Shown piece by piece: positions 13,043 to 26,655 of a stretch of DNA of 64,000 nucleotides (the first letter of the stretch is position 1; every line of letters starts with the position of its first letter). The DNA lies in contig ADNK01000825.1 in assembly GCA_000320545.1 (NCBI GenBank), positions 67,031-131,030 on the forward strand, given 5' to 3'. The notes beneath the pieces are model-generated. The model saw only the letters and a program-made list of their open reading frames with translations, made no database searches and was not told where the DNA came from. Origin of the DNA: Bigelowiella natans CCMP2755. Its lineage: Eukaryota > Protista > Cercozoa. A program made the translations under genes and the position numbers.

Positions 13043-15892
13043 GTACGGGAAAGAGTGCAAATAGGCGCACGTGCTACTACTTCCATTACTGCTACTACCA
13101 CAACTGCTACTCCTACTGCTGCCACTATATTGCATATTACGTATACTCATCATCATTATCATCACCGTCATCATCATCATCATCATAATCATCTTCATCT
13201 AGGTGCTAGAGAGAGCCGAGCTTATATCGAATGAGCTGCTATGGGTGCTTTTGCGACTATCTTGCTGCAAGGAAGCTCTATATTCCATCCTTCGCAGACC
13301 GAAATCGGTCAATCTCATATGTAAGCTAGCAATATTGGGAACTACGTGGGTGCATGACAACACCAACAGTAGCAGCAGTAGTAGCGACTCTTCGTCCTCC
13401 TCTTTTTCGTCGTCGTCGTTGTCCCCGACAGGGGCAGGACATATCACAAGGCTGCTCGCACTACATATTTGCCGACGATTACTACCAATGGTAGATCCAA
13501 CGGTGGTGCCCACGGTTGAAGGTAACGAGGAGGACGGGGAGAAGAAGAAGAAGAAGAAGAAGAATGCGGAATTCTACCTCGGTCGGCAGCGGAGGCATCC
13601 TGCCTCGCAGTCGTCGTCGTCGTCGAAGAATGGTGACGCTGCTGCCGCTGCTATCGTTGATTGGAAACTGCTTGATACCACCCCTGAGGCGTTGTTGGCC
13701 GGAATCTTGAAGAGTGTGGCGGCATGCGACCCGCTGCTAATGACAACGACGACGACGACGACAAATAGTCTAGACTCAGAGGAACGAGGACCATCTTTGG
13801 CATCATCACCATCATCACCATCATCATCTCGTCTCCCTCTCGCCCCCTCCTCCTACCCCAAATCTCAACTGTTTTCTTGCGCCAACGAGGCCATATGCAT
13901 CTACAGACGCCTCCTCGCGACGGACGCGTGGGCTCCCATGGCACTCGATGCCATGGAGGAAGCCTTAGAACCGCTGCGAAGGAAAAAAACGACGCCAGGA
14001 ATGATGGAGGAGAAGGAGGAGGAGAAGGAGGGGCCTGGAGAGGAAAACGATCAACAGCAACATGCTGCTCGTATGAAAACAAAGATGGAAAGACTGGTCG
14101 CGACGCTGCACATCCTAGGCGGCGGTTTCGACGTGATAACGGAGGGCAGTCAAGTTGTAGTGCGATACCTTGCTGAAGGCTCCTCTTCCTCTTCTTCTTC
14201 TTCTTCTTCTTCTTCTTCTTCTTCTTCTTTTCCAAACAATAGCAACGATCAGAAGCAGCGACAGCAGCACGAAAAGCATGCTGCTGACAATGAGGACGGC
14301 GGCGGCTACGACAGCAACAAGATGCGCGGTGTAATCCTGTGCCTGTCCCCTCTAACCGCCCATATGCAGCACCGGAGGCAAGGAGAGCAGGTGGTGGAGA
14401 TTGACTGGGTAAGGTATTCCGCTGAGGTCGTTCCAACGGTGGAGTTCCCCTACAACGAGCTCAACCAGCTCCACTCATGCTCGTCGATGCAGCTCTCACG
14501 GATTCTTGACATCGTTGCCACGTTTTTTATCAAGACGAGGGAGGGCGGTGACGGCAGTGAGAGCGAGGCGTCAGCATGCTTAAGCCGAGAAACTCTACGG
14601 AAGAAAGCGACTGCAGCCGCTGCCACCTCCTCCTCCTCCTCCTTCTCAGTGGGGCAGCTGCTACAGCTTCTGTTCCCAAAGTACCTTCGTTTGCTATGCG
14701 GAAAGGCGATGGAGCCTGCACTCGTTGCAGGATGGGAAGGATCACGGTTCCCGATGTGCAGAGATACGATCATCAAAACCGCCCTTCAGCCCGCCATCAG
14801 AAAACAGCCACTTGCAGCGGCAACAGCGCGCTCCCCGTCCTCCAACACAGCCCTGAACAAAGGCAGTATGGAGGAGGAGGTGGAGGAGGAGAAGAAGAAC
14901 AGCAACAAGGAGAATGCTAGTAATAGTAGTACGAGCAGTAATCAATTTGGAGGCTTTGGCAGCAGTAGTAGTAACTCTGGAGACTTTGGCAGCAGTGGCG
15001 GTCAAAGCGGTGGTAACTCTGCACTTACACTTCTTCTTTCATAATTTCTGTATTGTTTTGTTTTCTTAAAAAACCATTGATTAAAAAAATAGTAATAAAA
15101 TTGATATTTCTTTTAATATTGTAGTTTTTGGAAAATGAAAGTTATTCAAAGATATTCAAGTCTTGAACATAAATTCCTCTTGATTGCAGGTGGAGGCTTT
15201 GGCAGCAGTAGTAACTCCAGACGCTTGTGCTTGTTTTTTAAGAATACCGGCACCTGTAGGTACGGGGTTAACTGTCACTTCTCGCACGCTGCTGGTCCTG
15301 AGAGTACCAATGCGGTACCTAGGAATACTTTCAGTAGCTTTGACAACAAGAATAGTAGTAGCTCTGGAGGCTGGGGCAGCAGCAGTAGTAACTCTGGAGG
15401 CTTTGGCGGCAGTGGCGGTGGTAACTCTGCACTTACAATTTTTTCCCATAATTTCTGTATTGTTTTGCTTTTTTAAAAAACACTAATAAAAAAAAATTGT
15501 AATAAAAGTGATTTTTCTTTTAATATTGTAGTTTTTGGAAAATGAAAGTTATTCAAAGATATTCAAGTCTTGAACATAAATTCCTCTTGATTGCAGGTGG
15601 AGGCTTTGGCAGCAGTAGTAGTAACTCTGGAGGCTTTGGCAGCAGTGGCGGTCAAAGCGGTGGTAACTCTGCACTTACAATTCTTCTTTCATAATTTCTG
15701 TATTGTTTTGTTTTCTTAAAAAACCATTGATTAAAAAAATAGTAATAAAATTGATATTTCTTTTAATATTGTAGTTTTTAGAAAATGAAAGTTATTCAAA
15801 GATATTCAAGTCTTGAACATAAATTCCTCTTGATTGCAGGTGGAGGCTTTGGCAGCAGTAGTAGTAACTCTGGAGGCTTTGGCCCCAGAGGC

Positions 15893-15926
<34 letters not shown>

Positions 15927-17881
15927 CCAAAGAAGGGAGGACAGCAACAGATACAGGCAGTATCTTCGGTACCATAACTCTGCTCGTGCAGGGGATAAAC
16001 GAGGATTTCAAGGGTATGATGAAGAAGGAGGGGAACGATTATGTACAGCTTCTGGACGAATCTAACATAGATAAATGGTGCGTGGGGGGAGCGGCATATG
16101 AAGCTCTGATTCTCCGTCTCTCGCACACGATAGCGTTGCTATTGAAACAGCAGCAGCAGCAGCAAGAACAGCAGATTCCCTCATCGTTGGTCCCTTCCGC
16201 AAAGATGATGATGATGAAGCTCATCACCGGTAACGAGGATGAAGAAAAGGGTGAAGATAGACTACAACCCTCAACACCTGAGAATAGTAAGCAGAAGACA
16301 GAGAATATGGAGCGCAAATCAAAACTGCGAGCCGCCGATCACTCCTTGTTTGGGGATTTTCAGCAGCAGCAGCAGCAGCAGCAATTTGCAGCCTCCGCGG
16401 ATCCTTTTCTTCGCCCTCCTGCTGCTCCTCCCCTGCCCGTGTTCGCAGGGCTCATCGGCGACCCGCGCTGCTACTTCGAGCAAAGCTTTGCTGACTCCAT
16501 ATCCTGCTCCTCGTCCTCCTCGCAGGCGGTGGAGGAGAAGTTGGAAGCAAAGAGCAGCGGCAACAACAACAACAACATCAACAACTACAACAACAATGTC
16601 GATACTGCTGCCATGTTATCTGGGATCCGACTCCAAGCCTACTCGTCCCTTCTTAGCTCGCTCAATTGTGCAGAGCAGCGCCCTCGAAATCAGCACAAGG
16701 AGGGTGGCGAGCAACACGCCGCCACGGCTCCTTACAAGAAGTTGCATCGCCTCCGCAATTACACTGAGATTGAACTAGGCCATTCGGCGTCTGTTTGTGA
16801 GAACGCGTTGTACTTCAGCGGCAGCGAAGGCGCGGGAGGGCAACAATACCGAGGAGGAGACCAAACAATTCGGCCGCACGGCGAGCATACCGACGACACG
16901 AGTGATAATGATTTCTTGGAGAAGCGAGATCCCAGTGCGTGCGTAGTCGTTCCATTACTCGTTGAAACGCTCTTAAGATCCGGCCAGGTAGCGTATACAT
17001 CAACGGTATTAGATGGGTGAGGCGAAGAAGTTGGAGAAGAAGAAGAAGAAGTAGTAGTAGTAGTATGGTGAAAAGACGGAGTGGTGGTGGTAATGGTGGT
17101 GGCATCTACTAGATAGGTCAGGAGTGGGTGCGTGTAAGTATTCACAATGGATTTTAGAATGGGCGGGGGGAGAGGGGGGGAGGGAAGGGATACCGAAGGT
17201 TTTGTTTTGTGTGTAGGATCGAGGGCCTTGTTTTTAATATTTTGTCCTGTATAGGATTTTGATTGCTTTGAAACCTCCCATCAATTGCTGCCACGGCTTC
17301 CTAGCTTACTTGTTATCATTATCACTATCATCATCATCATCATCACTTTTTTTGATCCTGCCTCATCAACACAAGGGGGCAACCTTCTCGATGTGTGTCT
17401 GGCTGGCGCGCGGCACCTCTTCTGGCCGACTCCTAGCGTTTCGAGCGGAAGGAAATACGACTGGAAGCAGCGGTGGTGGCGGCTGTGGGTTGTTCGGCGA
17501 TGGGTGGTTCTCCGTCAACGCACGTGTGAGCGAAGAAGGCCGTGATATCGTCGACGGCAAAGAGCCGATCATAATCCTAGAGGTGGAGATGTACAAAAGC
17601 GGAGGAGGGAGGGGAAGAGAACGCGCCAGTATCATTACGAGTCTTCTTCCTCCTCCCCCCCCTCCCAAATCTGCAAAGCATCCTGAGCAATATCTAAGAA
17701 CAGAGGCCTGGTATCATATTAGCGTAAACATCAGGAGGGTTGATGGCGCTCCTAGTGCTAGCCTCGCAGTTTTCGTCAACGGTGAGGAGTGGAAGTTTCA
17801 GCAGTAGTAGTAGTAGGGAGTAGTAGTAGCTGCAGAAGGTGTAGAGATCTAGCAGCATCTGCAGTGAACAACATAACGATC

Positions 17882-17917
<36 letters not shown>

Positions 17918-17918
17918 A

Positions 17919-17952
<34 letters not shown>

Positions 17953-18165
17953 TTATATACAACGGGTCGTCTTTTCTTGGCAGACAACACGTTGAGGCTT
18001 AATCGTGATGATCACCTCCTGATTCATACTAAAATCCCCAGCGTTCTTAGAAGTGTCTTCTAGCAGATACATGCCTCAATCATGCGTGGACAACACAGCC
18101 ATTTCCTTATATCCATCGGGGGAAATTGCACCCACCAAACTCGCTGACAATGATACTTACCGCAG

Positions 18166-18238
<73 letters not shown>

Positions 18239-19176
18239 ATCATATATCGATAGGCGAACAATATGGGCGCAATGTATCCATTCGTCTACTGCCTCCGCGG
18301 CCAAGGCACAATAAGAACTCCATGAGGAAGGAGAAGGAGGAGAATGTGAAGCAAAAAGGGGACAACAAGTTCATTTCTTCTTCTTCTTCTACCAATGCGA
18401 CGCTGTTAGAATGGGAAGAATTTGGGCTAAAAAGGCTGCATGCCGTGTTTGCTCACGGATTGACGTGTAAGATCCACACTCTCCTCGTCTTTGGTGCAAC
18501 GGTTCCAAAGCAGGCCCTTAGGCGGCAAAGGCAGCAGCAGAAGAGGCAGCATCAGTCGTTCGTATCCTCCTTCCCCTTACTTGCAAATACGAGGAAATTG
18601 GTGTCTGCATACCGAGCAACCGTGGCTGCCACACAGCACCTTAGAGGAGGAGGAGGAGGAGGAGGAGGAGGAGGAGGAGGAGGTGGAGGAGTATCCCCAA
18701 CCACCACGGCGGAGGAGAAGCATGATAATGATAATAAGATGATACCGATGAAAGCGGTTGTAATTACTCCTCACAAGATGGAGGCGGCCATCGAGCACAG
18801 AGGCATTGCACGACTTGACTTGCCGCAGCTTGCTTCTGCACCTCCCAATTCGAATATCTGCTCTCCTCGCTCACTTGAACATGTGCGCGGGTTTTCTCCG
18901 TCATTGCTGTGGAGTCCGCTCGTTGCATGTTCCTACAGCTTCGTCACCAAGTTGTCGACAGGCCAACGCTTGCTACCTGAGACAGCAATGGTTCCTCTGA
19001 TTCATGTGTTATCTAGTGACGATGAAGAGGATGATGATGATGGTGAACATGATGATGTCGATCAGAACTGAATTTGGAAGAAGGATACTGTCAAAAGATA
19101 ATGCACATAAAGACCAAAATTACTCGGCTTCTGCCTTGTTACAGAGCAAACCTATGCGTGTTTTCCATTCACAATT

Positions 19177-19220
<44 letters not shown>

Positions 19221-19421
19221 CACACTAGCACAGCAAACGACGGTGTCCTTTTGAATGTGTCATATCAGGTGAAGACGCATGGCGGGGAGACCATGTTCGG
19301 CGTTGCGCTCTCGAGTGATGATGTGCTCACGGTACAGATACCGCCACAACTTGCAAGCTTCCTGAGGGAGAAGAACAAGAACAAGGCTGCTTCTACAGGG
19401 GGAGGTGGAGGAGAAGGAGGT

Positions 19422-19471
<50 letters not shown>

Positions 19472-20886
19472 CAGTTTTGATTCTTCTGGCATTATGCCCA
19501 GCGATCGGCAAAAGGAAAAAATAAATAACGTTACAAGTGCTACCATAGTGTTTTTCCAAGGCTAAAAATGGGGTGGTTTACCACGAGGGGGATCATCGAT
19601 AGCCGTATGTCAGTCCAGTTTGAAAATTGCGGAAAGAAGAAGAAGCGACGTACAACGCGGTCATTTTATGCTGACGTGGTACTGGTAATCTAGGGGACTT
19701 ATTCGGCAATAATAGTGGTGGTGGCTTCGGCTTAGGTTCGAGCTCCGGTTCGGGATCAGCAGGTTCTCTTGGTTCAGGTTCTGGTTCAGGCTGGGGTTCC
19801 GGTTCCGGTTCTGGCTCAAGCGACAACGGCGGTGGTAGAAACAACAGCGGTGGCTTTAGCTTCGGCGGTGGTAGAAACAACGGCGGTGGCTCTAGCTCCG
19901 GCGGTTTTGGCTCTGGCTTCGGCGGTGGTGGAAACACCGGCGGTGGCTCTAGCTCCGGCGGTTTTGGCTCTAGCTTCGGCGGTGGTGGAAACACCGGCGG
20001 TGGCTCTAGCTCCGGCGGTTTTGGCTCTGGCTTCGGCGGTGGTGGAAACACCGGCGGTGGCTCTAGCTCCGGCGGTTTTGGCTCTGGCTTCGGCGGTGGT
20101 GGAAACACCGGCGGTGGCTCTAGCTCCGGCGGTTTTGGCTCTGGCTTCGGCGGTGGTGGAAACACCGGCGGTGGCTCTAGCTCCGGCGGTTTTGGCTTTG
20201 GCTTCGGCGGTGGTGGAAACACCGGCGGTGGCTCTAGCTCCGGCGGTTTTGGCTCTGGCTTCGGCGGTAGCTCTAGCTCCGGCGGTTTTAGCTCTAGCTT
20301 CGGCGGTGGTGGAAACACCGGCGGTGGCTCTAGCTCCGGCGGTTTTGGCTTTGGCTTCGGCGGTGGTGGAAACACCGGCGGTGGCTCTAGCTCCGGCGGT
20401 TTTGGCTCTGGCTTCGGCGGTAGCTCTAGCTCCGGCGATTTTAGCTCTAGCTTCGGCGGTGGTGGAAACACCGGCGGTGGCTCTAGCTCCGGCGGTTTTG
20501 GCTCTGGCTTCGGCGGTAGCTCTAGCTCCGGCGGTGGTGGAAACACCGGCGGTGTCCTTGGTAGTGGTAGAAACAACGGCGGTGGCTCTAGCTCCGGCGG
20601 TTTTGGCTCTAGCTTCGGCGGTGGTGGAAACACCGGCGGTGGCTCTAGCTCCGGCGGTTTTGGCTCTGGCTTCGGCGGTGGTGGAAACACCGGCGGTGGC
20701 TCTAGCTCCGGCGGTTTTGGCTCTAGCTCCGGCGGTGGCGTTGGTGGTGGTAGAAACATCGGCGGTGGCTTTAGCTTCGGCGGTGGTGGAAACAACGGCA
20801 GTGTCTTCGGCGGTGGCTTTAAGACCACGGAGGTGGATAATATATGATGATGACCAAGTAGTATTATGCGTGTTTGTGCGTGTCTC

Positions 20887-20920
<34 letters not shown>

Positions 20921-21199
20921 TTGTAGTAGTAGTAGTTGTGTCAGATAAGAGTGGCGAATACACAGGAAACAGTATATCCACTCCACACTCCATCACGCCA
21001 CACTTTAAAAATGGAATTGTGAAATTAGTGGTGGTACCGTAGTCTGAGAACCAACCATTAACAACAACAACAACAAATTAGGAGCGGCATCGGGGAAAAT
21101 TCGGCTCCAGCCACGTCGAGCTACACCAGAGCATTACGAAAATGCACCAGTACAGTAGAATCCCATTCGAAAATATCAATCTTAAGAAATCTTTCAATA

Positions 21200-21231
<32 letters not shown>

Positions 21232-24200
21232 GTGCAGTTTAATTTTCACGACGCTATAGTAGATATGAATGTACGATAAACCAACATCCGCCATTCCTCT
21301 GCTTATTTCGAGAGCAGGCATGGATGATGCATCTCCCACAACCAAAAATGGGAATTAAAGACTGCAACGTTACAGCACTTTGTTTCTTGCCTAACTACTA
21401 CAGCAACAACTACTACTACAACTACTATGCTACTGCTGCTGCTACATACAATAATCAGCACCTTTGTTTCTTTCTCTTTTATCATCAAGGTATAGCCGAT
21501 GTAACTTTGAGGAACTGCGTTTGAAAGATTACCGCAACGTAATCTAATACACGCTGACGAGATATTAAAAACAGAAGGGAGGGGTTAGATGGGGGTGGGA
21601 GGTGGGGGGGGTAAATGAATGTGAGCTGTAGTAATGTATTTGTCATAGCGAGAGCATCGATGATTCTGCTTGGGATGCAACATTCATTTTTTGTGCTACG
21701 AGACCCTTTCATATTCTCCGAAGCAGAAAAATATGTTTTTTGGGAATTGTACACGTATCTGCAATTATGCGAGGAGAAAGCTCGAAGAATCTTGTTTATG
21801 ATAGCATGCGTTGCGCTACGAATAACATTCTAGGGGCAAAAAGGAGGGGCTAACCATGGGGGCGGTCTTGGTGGCGGCAGTGCCTTCGGCTCGAAGTCGA
21901 AAGGTGAATGATGCATTTTGGAAAAGGGAGGGGGGGGGGAGCTGCTGGGAATGTTCATTCAATCCATCTGCATATAGTAAAACGCTATTTCTTAATATCC
22001 ACTTAATCAGGCTTTGGCAGCAGCTCTGGTAGCAGTTGCGGCAGCGGTGGAGGTCTACGAATCGAGATGGAACTTGTACCGATCTGCGACAAGAACGTGA
22101 AACGGTCATCGTCTCAGGTGTCTAGTAGCAAAGGCTTTCTTTGGCTTGGGCCAGGTGGAGGTGCTGATGATGACGAACGAATCCTAGATTTACAAGCCGA
22201 TGGCACCATCAACATCCATAACAAGGGCAAACGAGGAGGAGGAGGAGGAACACCGAAGGCACCGGAGAAAAAAGAAAAGAAGAAGGGAGAAGAGGAATCA
22301 ATGCCGTTATCATTCGCAGAAGGAACATCGTCACAAAAGACGAAAAAGGACAACAACAACAACAACAGCAACAAAGCTGGGGGATTATTATTTAGTGGGT
22401 GTACGCTTAGGCTGCAGGGCCCTTCTTCTTCTTCTTCTTCTTCTTCTTCTTCTTCTTCTTCTTCATCACTGACATCTCCTCAATCACCATCATCTTCGGA
22501 TAGCAATGAGAAGTTGCTAAAACAGAAAGGTGGTCATCACGAAGATGCTACTGCTGCTCCTGCTCCTGCTGCATTAACTACTACTTCTAACGAGGAGAAT
22601 GATGCCAAGATCCCACCAGCTGCCGCTGTCAGCACCAACGAGAGCAAGTGGGGATTCTTTTCCGGATCAACTGATGGCGGGGACACTTCGTCCCCCTCGG
22701 CCGTTACTTCCGGTACCCTTCCCGTTGAAACAGTAGTTTCTAGTAATAGTTGCAGTAGGTGATTATCGCGTGTGGAGGGAGATGATTGATGACCCTTACT
22801 CATATATACTGCAACAACCTTACTAGCCTGCTAGAATGTTGTGCCTAGAATATTGCCACCTGACTGTGTGTATCCTTATTTTCTCCTGTAAAAAGACGTG
22901 GCCACTTCCTATCCGGAACGAGCAAAGACCGAAGACTACAAAGAAGGGGTTCTGTTCTCCTTTGAAGATGAGCTCCAGCATTCGAGATTGGATCCTGTGA
23001 CCCTCCAGCAGACGCCATCTGGCAAGGACAGTGATAATGGTGATGGGGGGGATACTGCTAGCGGCGGTGCTTATCACCCGCCTACTCATCGCGTGATAAT
23101 TCTCCTATGTGCCACCTCTGATCGAGTTGCTGTCCAAGTCAACGACAAAGTGAGAGGGTTCTCTCGGTCATCGTTGGGCGATATTCTCAACGAGGAGAAG
23201 AAGGGGAGGGGGGTATGGAATAACGGCACCGCCAATACTCTTCGGGTGGGTGGGTTCGGTGTGCTCATCCACTCGTTAACGCTCAGTACATTCGACGAGG
23301 ATATCAGCCACGTGGTCCAACAGAATATTGCAAACGTGAAAGGCGAGAGGGGAACGGTAGCAGCAAACCCTACGCCGTCTAAACATACTTTTGGAAATAT
23401 GCAGCAGCCGGGGTCGGGGGGGAGATGGGTTAGGGCTAGTGGGGGTCAAGACAGTTCTAACTCCCAATCTTTCGGTGATCCTATCGCTGCAAAGAACGAC
23501 GCTGTCGATCAAAGAGCGGATGATTTTCGCATCTCGGGAAGAGACTCGTCGCAAAGCTCCAGCCCTAACAGCCCTGCTTCGCCCTCCTCCCCTTTCTCCG
23601 CACAAACCCTATCATCCCCAACACGCCAAACATTTGGCAATTTCAGTAGCGCCACCAATATCGAGGAGCGGAAGCAGCAGCAGCGGCGGCGAGAACGAAG
23701 GCGCAGCGTAGTGCGACCTGCAAGCTCCAGGCCAAAGTCGTCGCAGTGCTCCCCGAAACCGCCGCAACCGCTTTCCAGAGTCCTGACAACTCTACAGGTA
23801 GAAGATGAGGAGAAGCTGCAGCAGCAGCACAGTGCCGTATACAGCGACAAAACTCATGGTGGTGGTAGTGGTGGTAGTGGTGGTAGTGGTGGTAGTGGCA
23901 GCGGTTTTGTGCTGCAGGCCTTTGAATCTATCTGGTTGGCCGCTGCCGCTGGTAGTGGCGATGGTGGGGAAATTTCCTCCTCCCCCCTGTCTTCTATTTC
24001 CCTTCCGCGCCTGCAGGGGGCTAGAGGAGGGGATGCTCCGTGCCTACAAGAAGACGTACATTCCTCAGCACCAAAGTCGGAGGAGAAAGCGCAGCGATTG
24101 CAGGCAGAGACCAAGGTAAAGCTGCTAAGAGCATGGAGCGGGCTACCATTGTCGTGGTGTGCTTTCGCACTGCACATGAGCCAGGGAGACTTGGCATCCG

Positions 24201-24774
24201 CATCGTCGTGGTTGTTGCTTCCCGCGACCACTCTGTTGGCAAAGCGCCTGGACCTTGCCGCCAACCTACACAGAAAGTATGCGGCTGCTGCGGGATACTC
24301 AGTAATGAGATGTTTCGAAGCTGTCTTGAGCTGCCATCCCATTCTCCCCGCTTCATCATCGTCACCATCACATGCAACAGCAACTCGAGACGATTCCTGC
24401 TATCATGAGGACGACGATGTCGACGTCATGGCCTGCCTTCGGTGGTTATTGCAGCGGGGAGTCGACGCCGATACCGACACCAGCAACAATGGAGAAGGAG
24501 GCGGGAAACCAGCTGGTGCGGAGGGATGTGTGGAGGACGATCACGTAGAAACGAAGACGAAGGATGACGGAAAGATGGGTAGTAGTAATTGTTAGTTATA
24601 CCTCAATACCTAAATATATATATATATATATATATGTATTTGTATGATTTACTTCAAGAGCCGCATGTATATGAGCCAGCCAATGATTCTCTTGCTGCCT
24701 TCTTCCAGTGTAATCATAGAATTATCATTATCACTGCATCTATAATCATCACTTTCATCTACCTCCCATTGTGC

Positions 24775-24845
<71 letters not shown>

Positions 24846-25839
24846 GTCTCCCTCCTCTATTTTGCTTCTATGCCCTCGATAATGCTACGAATGCGCAACC
24901 AACCCGCAGGATTCCTGGATGTTTCCAACACGCCAGTACCAAGTTTTGGGGGTCTTTCGTGGTCGTCGTCGTCGTCGTCGTCATTTTCAGCCGCACAGGG
25001 GCTTCCCTCCTGGGCGACCTTAGCGGGTATATTCACTTTCAACGACAGCAAAGCACAACCACCTAGAGGCAATGGAAGCAGCAATTTCAACTTTAGATCT
25101 GGTTGGGGAGCTAGTAGAAGTAGTAGTGGAGGTAGCGGTGGCAGTGGTAAGAGCAATAATTCGTCGTCATCATCATTATTATCCTCATCATCGTTGCACG
25201 GTCACTATCTGCTGCCAAAGCTGCTGGAGGCGCGGTCATCATCAGCGCTCTGCCACCTAGACGAGCATGATGCGGGCACTGATGGCAAACGGGGAGAGGA
25301 GAAAGGCTGCTGCAGCCTCCTCCCCCTCATGAATGTGCTCTATCTTGACCGGCTGGACGAGTGCCTGGCGAAGTTGCAGGGAACCGATATTAGCAAGCTC
25401 GTCGCCGCATTGGAAAAACTGTGCTTCTGGCTCACAGTCATCAGATGCCGTCAAATTGCTCTGAGTCTCTTGGTAAGGAAGGCAGCAACGATTACAACAT
25501 CCCCTCCACAACTCGACGAAGGCGATACTCCCTCCGCCTCTGCGAGTCGCTATTCTCCTCCGCGCAGGTCGCACCGTGATGCACGTAAAAGAAGAGATCA
25601 AGGGGGTGATGATGATCATGATGATGGCACGCCAACGGTGAAGGAACTGAAGGAAGTGAAGGAGGAAAGCACCAGAAAGAACCAAAAACGGGAGTTGCAG
25701 CAGCTCCTGCGGATCCGGCAGGATGTGCGCGCGGTTAGAATTTTGGCAGAATTCTTCCTTGAAGCCCCAGTGCCGGCCACGCCGTCATTGTCAACATTCT
25801 ACAGCGAAAACTTCTTGCCTGAAGGTAGTAGAAGTTGCG

Positions 25840-25870
<31 letters not shown>

Positions 25871-26620
25871 CATGGTAGTGAGTCTCTCTCTCTCTTTTGA
25901 ACGTCGGTGCCGCTGTTTAATTGCGCGACTGCTCATTTGTGTTAGGGAGGGGTAGCAGTGATGCCTCATGCATGCATGTTCAAATCTAGCAAACACTCTC
26001 TTCCCGGTGGGGGAGTGAATCAACACAAAAACAAAGTCGAAAGTCACCTTCTTGTCGCATGATGGCAGACTCACCCGCCCATCGCCCATCTGGGTCACTT
26101 CAATTCTTCTGCGCTTAGATTGTGTTGGCTCCCCCCCCCCCCCCCTCCCTCCATCTCCTCTCTCATCCATATATCGTGCTCAGGTTTACTGCTATATCGT
26201 GGATCCTGGTCTCCACCTGCTATGGACGAAGCCGGGAGGCTCAGTGTCTTGCATATCGTTCTTGGCCTGATCACTCGTTTCCTGACCGCCTACACCGAAC
26301 ATAGGGAAGCGGGGAATGAGGGCGGGCAGGATGGACGCAACAACTACAACGAGGATGATCTCGAAGACAAAGCAGCAGCTACACTTGCTGCCAAGGGATA
26401 TAGGGCCCAAACCATTAAGACACTTACTGATACAGCTATGATTTTAATGCTTTCGCTTCTTCCCTGCCAGCTTAAGATCGCTGCAGCTGCTTGTGGTGGT
26501 GACGGTGGCGGCAGTGACGTGCTTCAGCCGATCTGGGCACAGCTCTCACACACCGCGGAAAACCTGGGTTTGTGCGCCTTCGATCTGTTGGAGAACGCTC
26601 ATATGGCAACGACGAGGATG

Positions 26621-26655
<35 letters not shown>

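Noticed and set aside
15013-15839. Introner/MITE insertions as the origin of the three identical introns
   Set aside because: The flanking exon sequence is duplicated as well and no terminal inverted repeats are seen, so tandem duplication is simpler. Not fully excluded without a genome-wide search.
19880-20720. CRISPR-like array
   Set aside because: Head-to-tail tandem units with no unique spacers, inside a eukaryotic exon, and no cas genes.
19593-20996. 467-aa Pro-rich extensin-like ORF (-) and 385-aa VALAPA ORF (+)
   Set aside because: Shadow frames of the 57-bp repeat. Their ends run into (GT)n intronic sequence, and the splice phases fit only the FG frame of the HECT gene.
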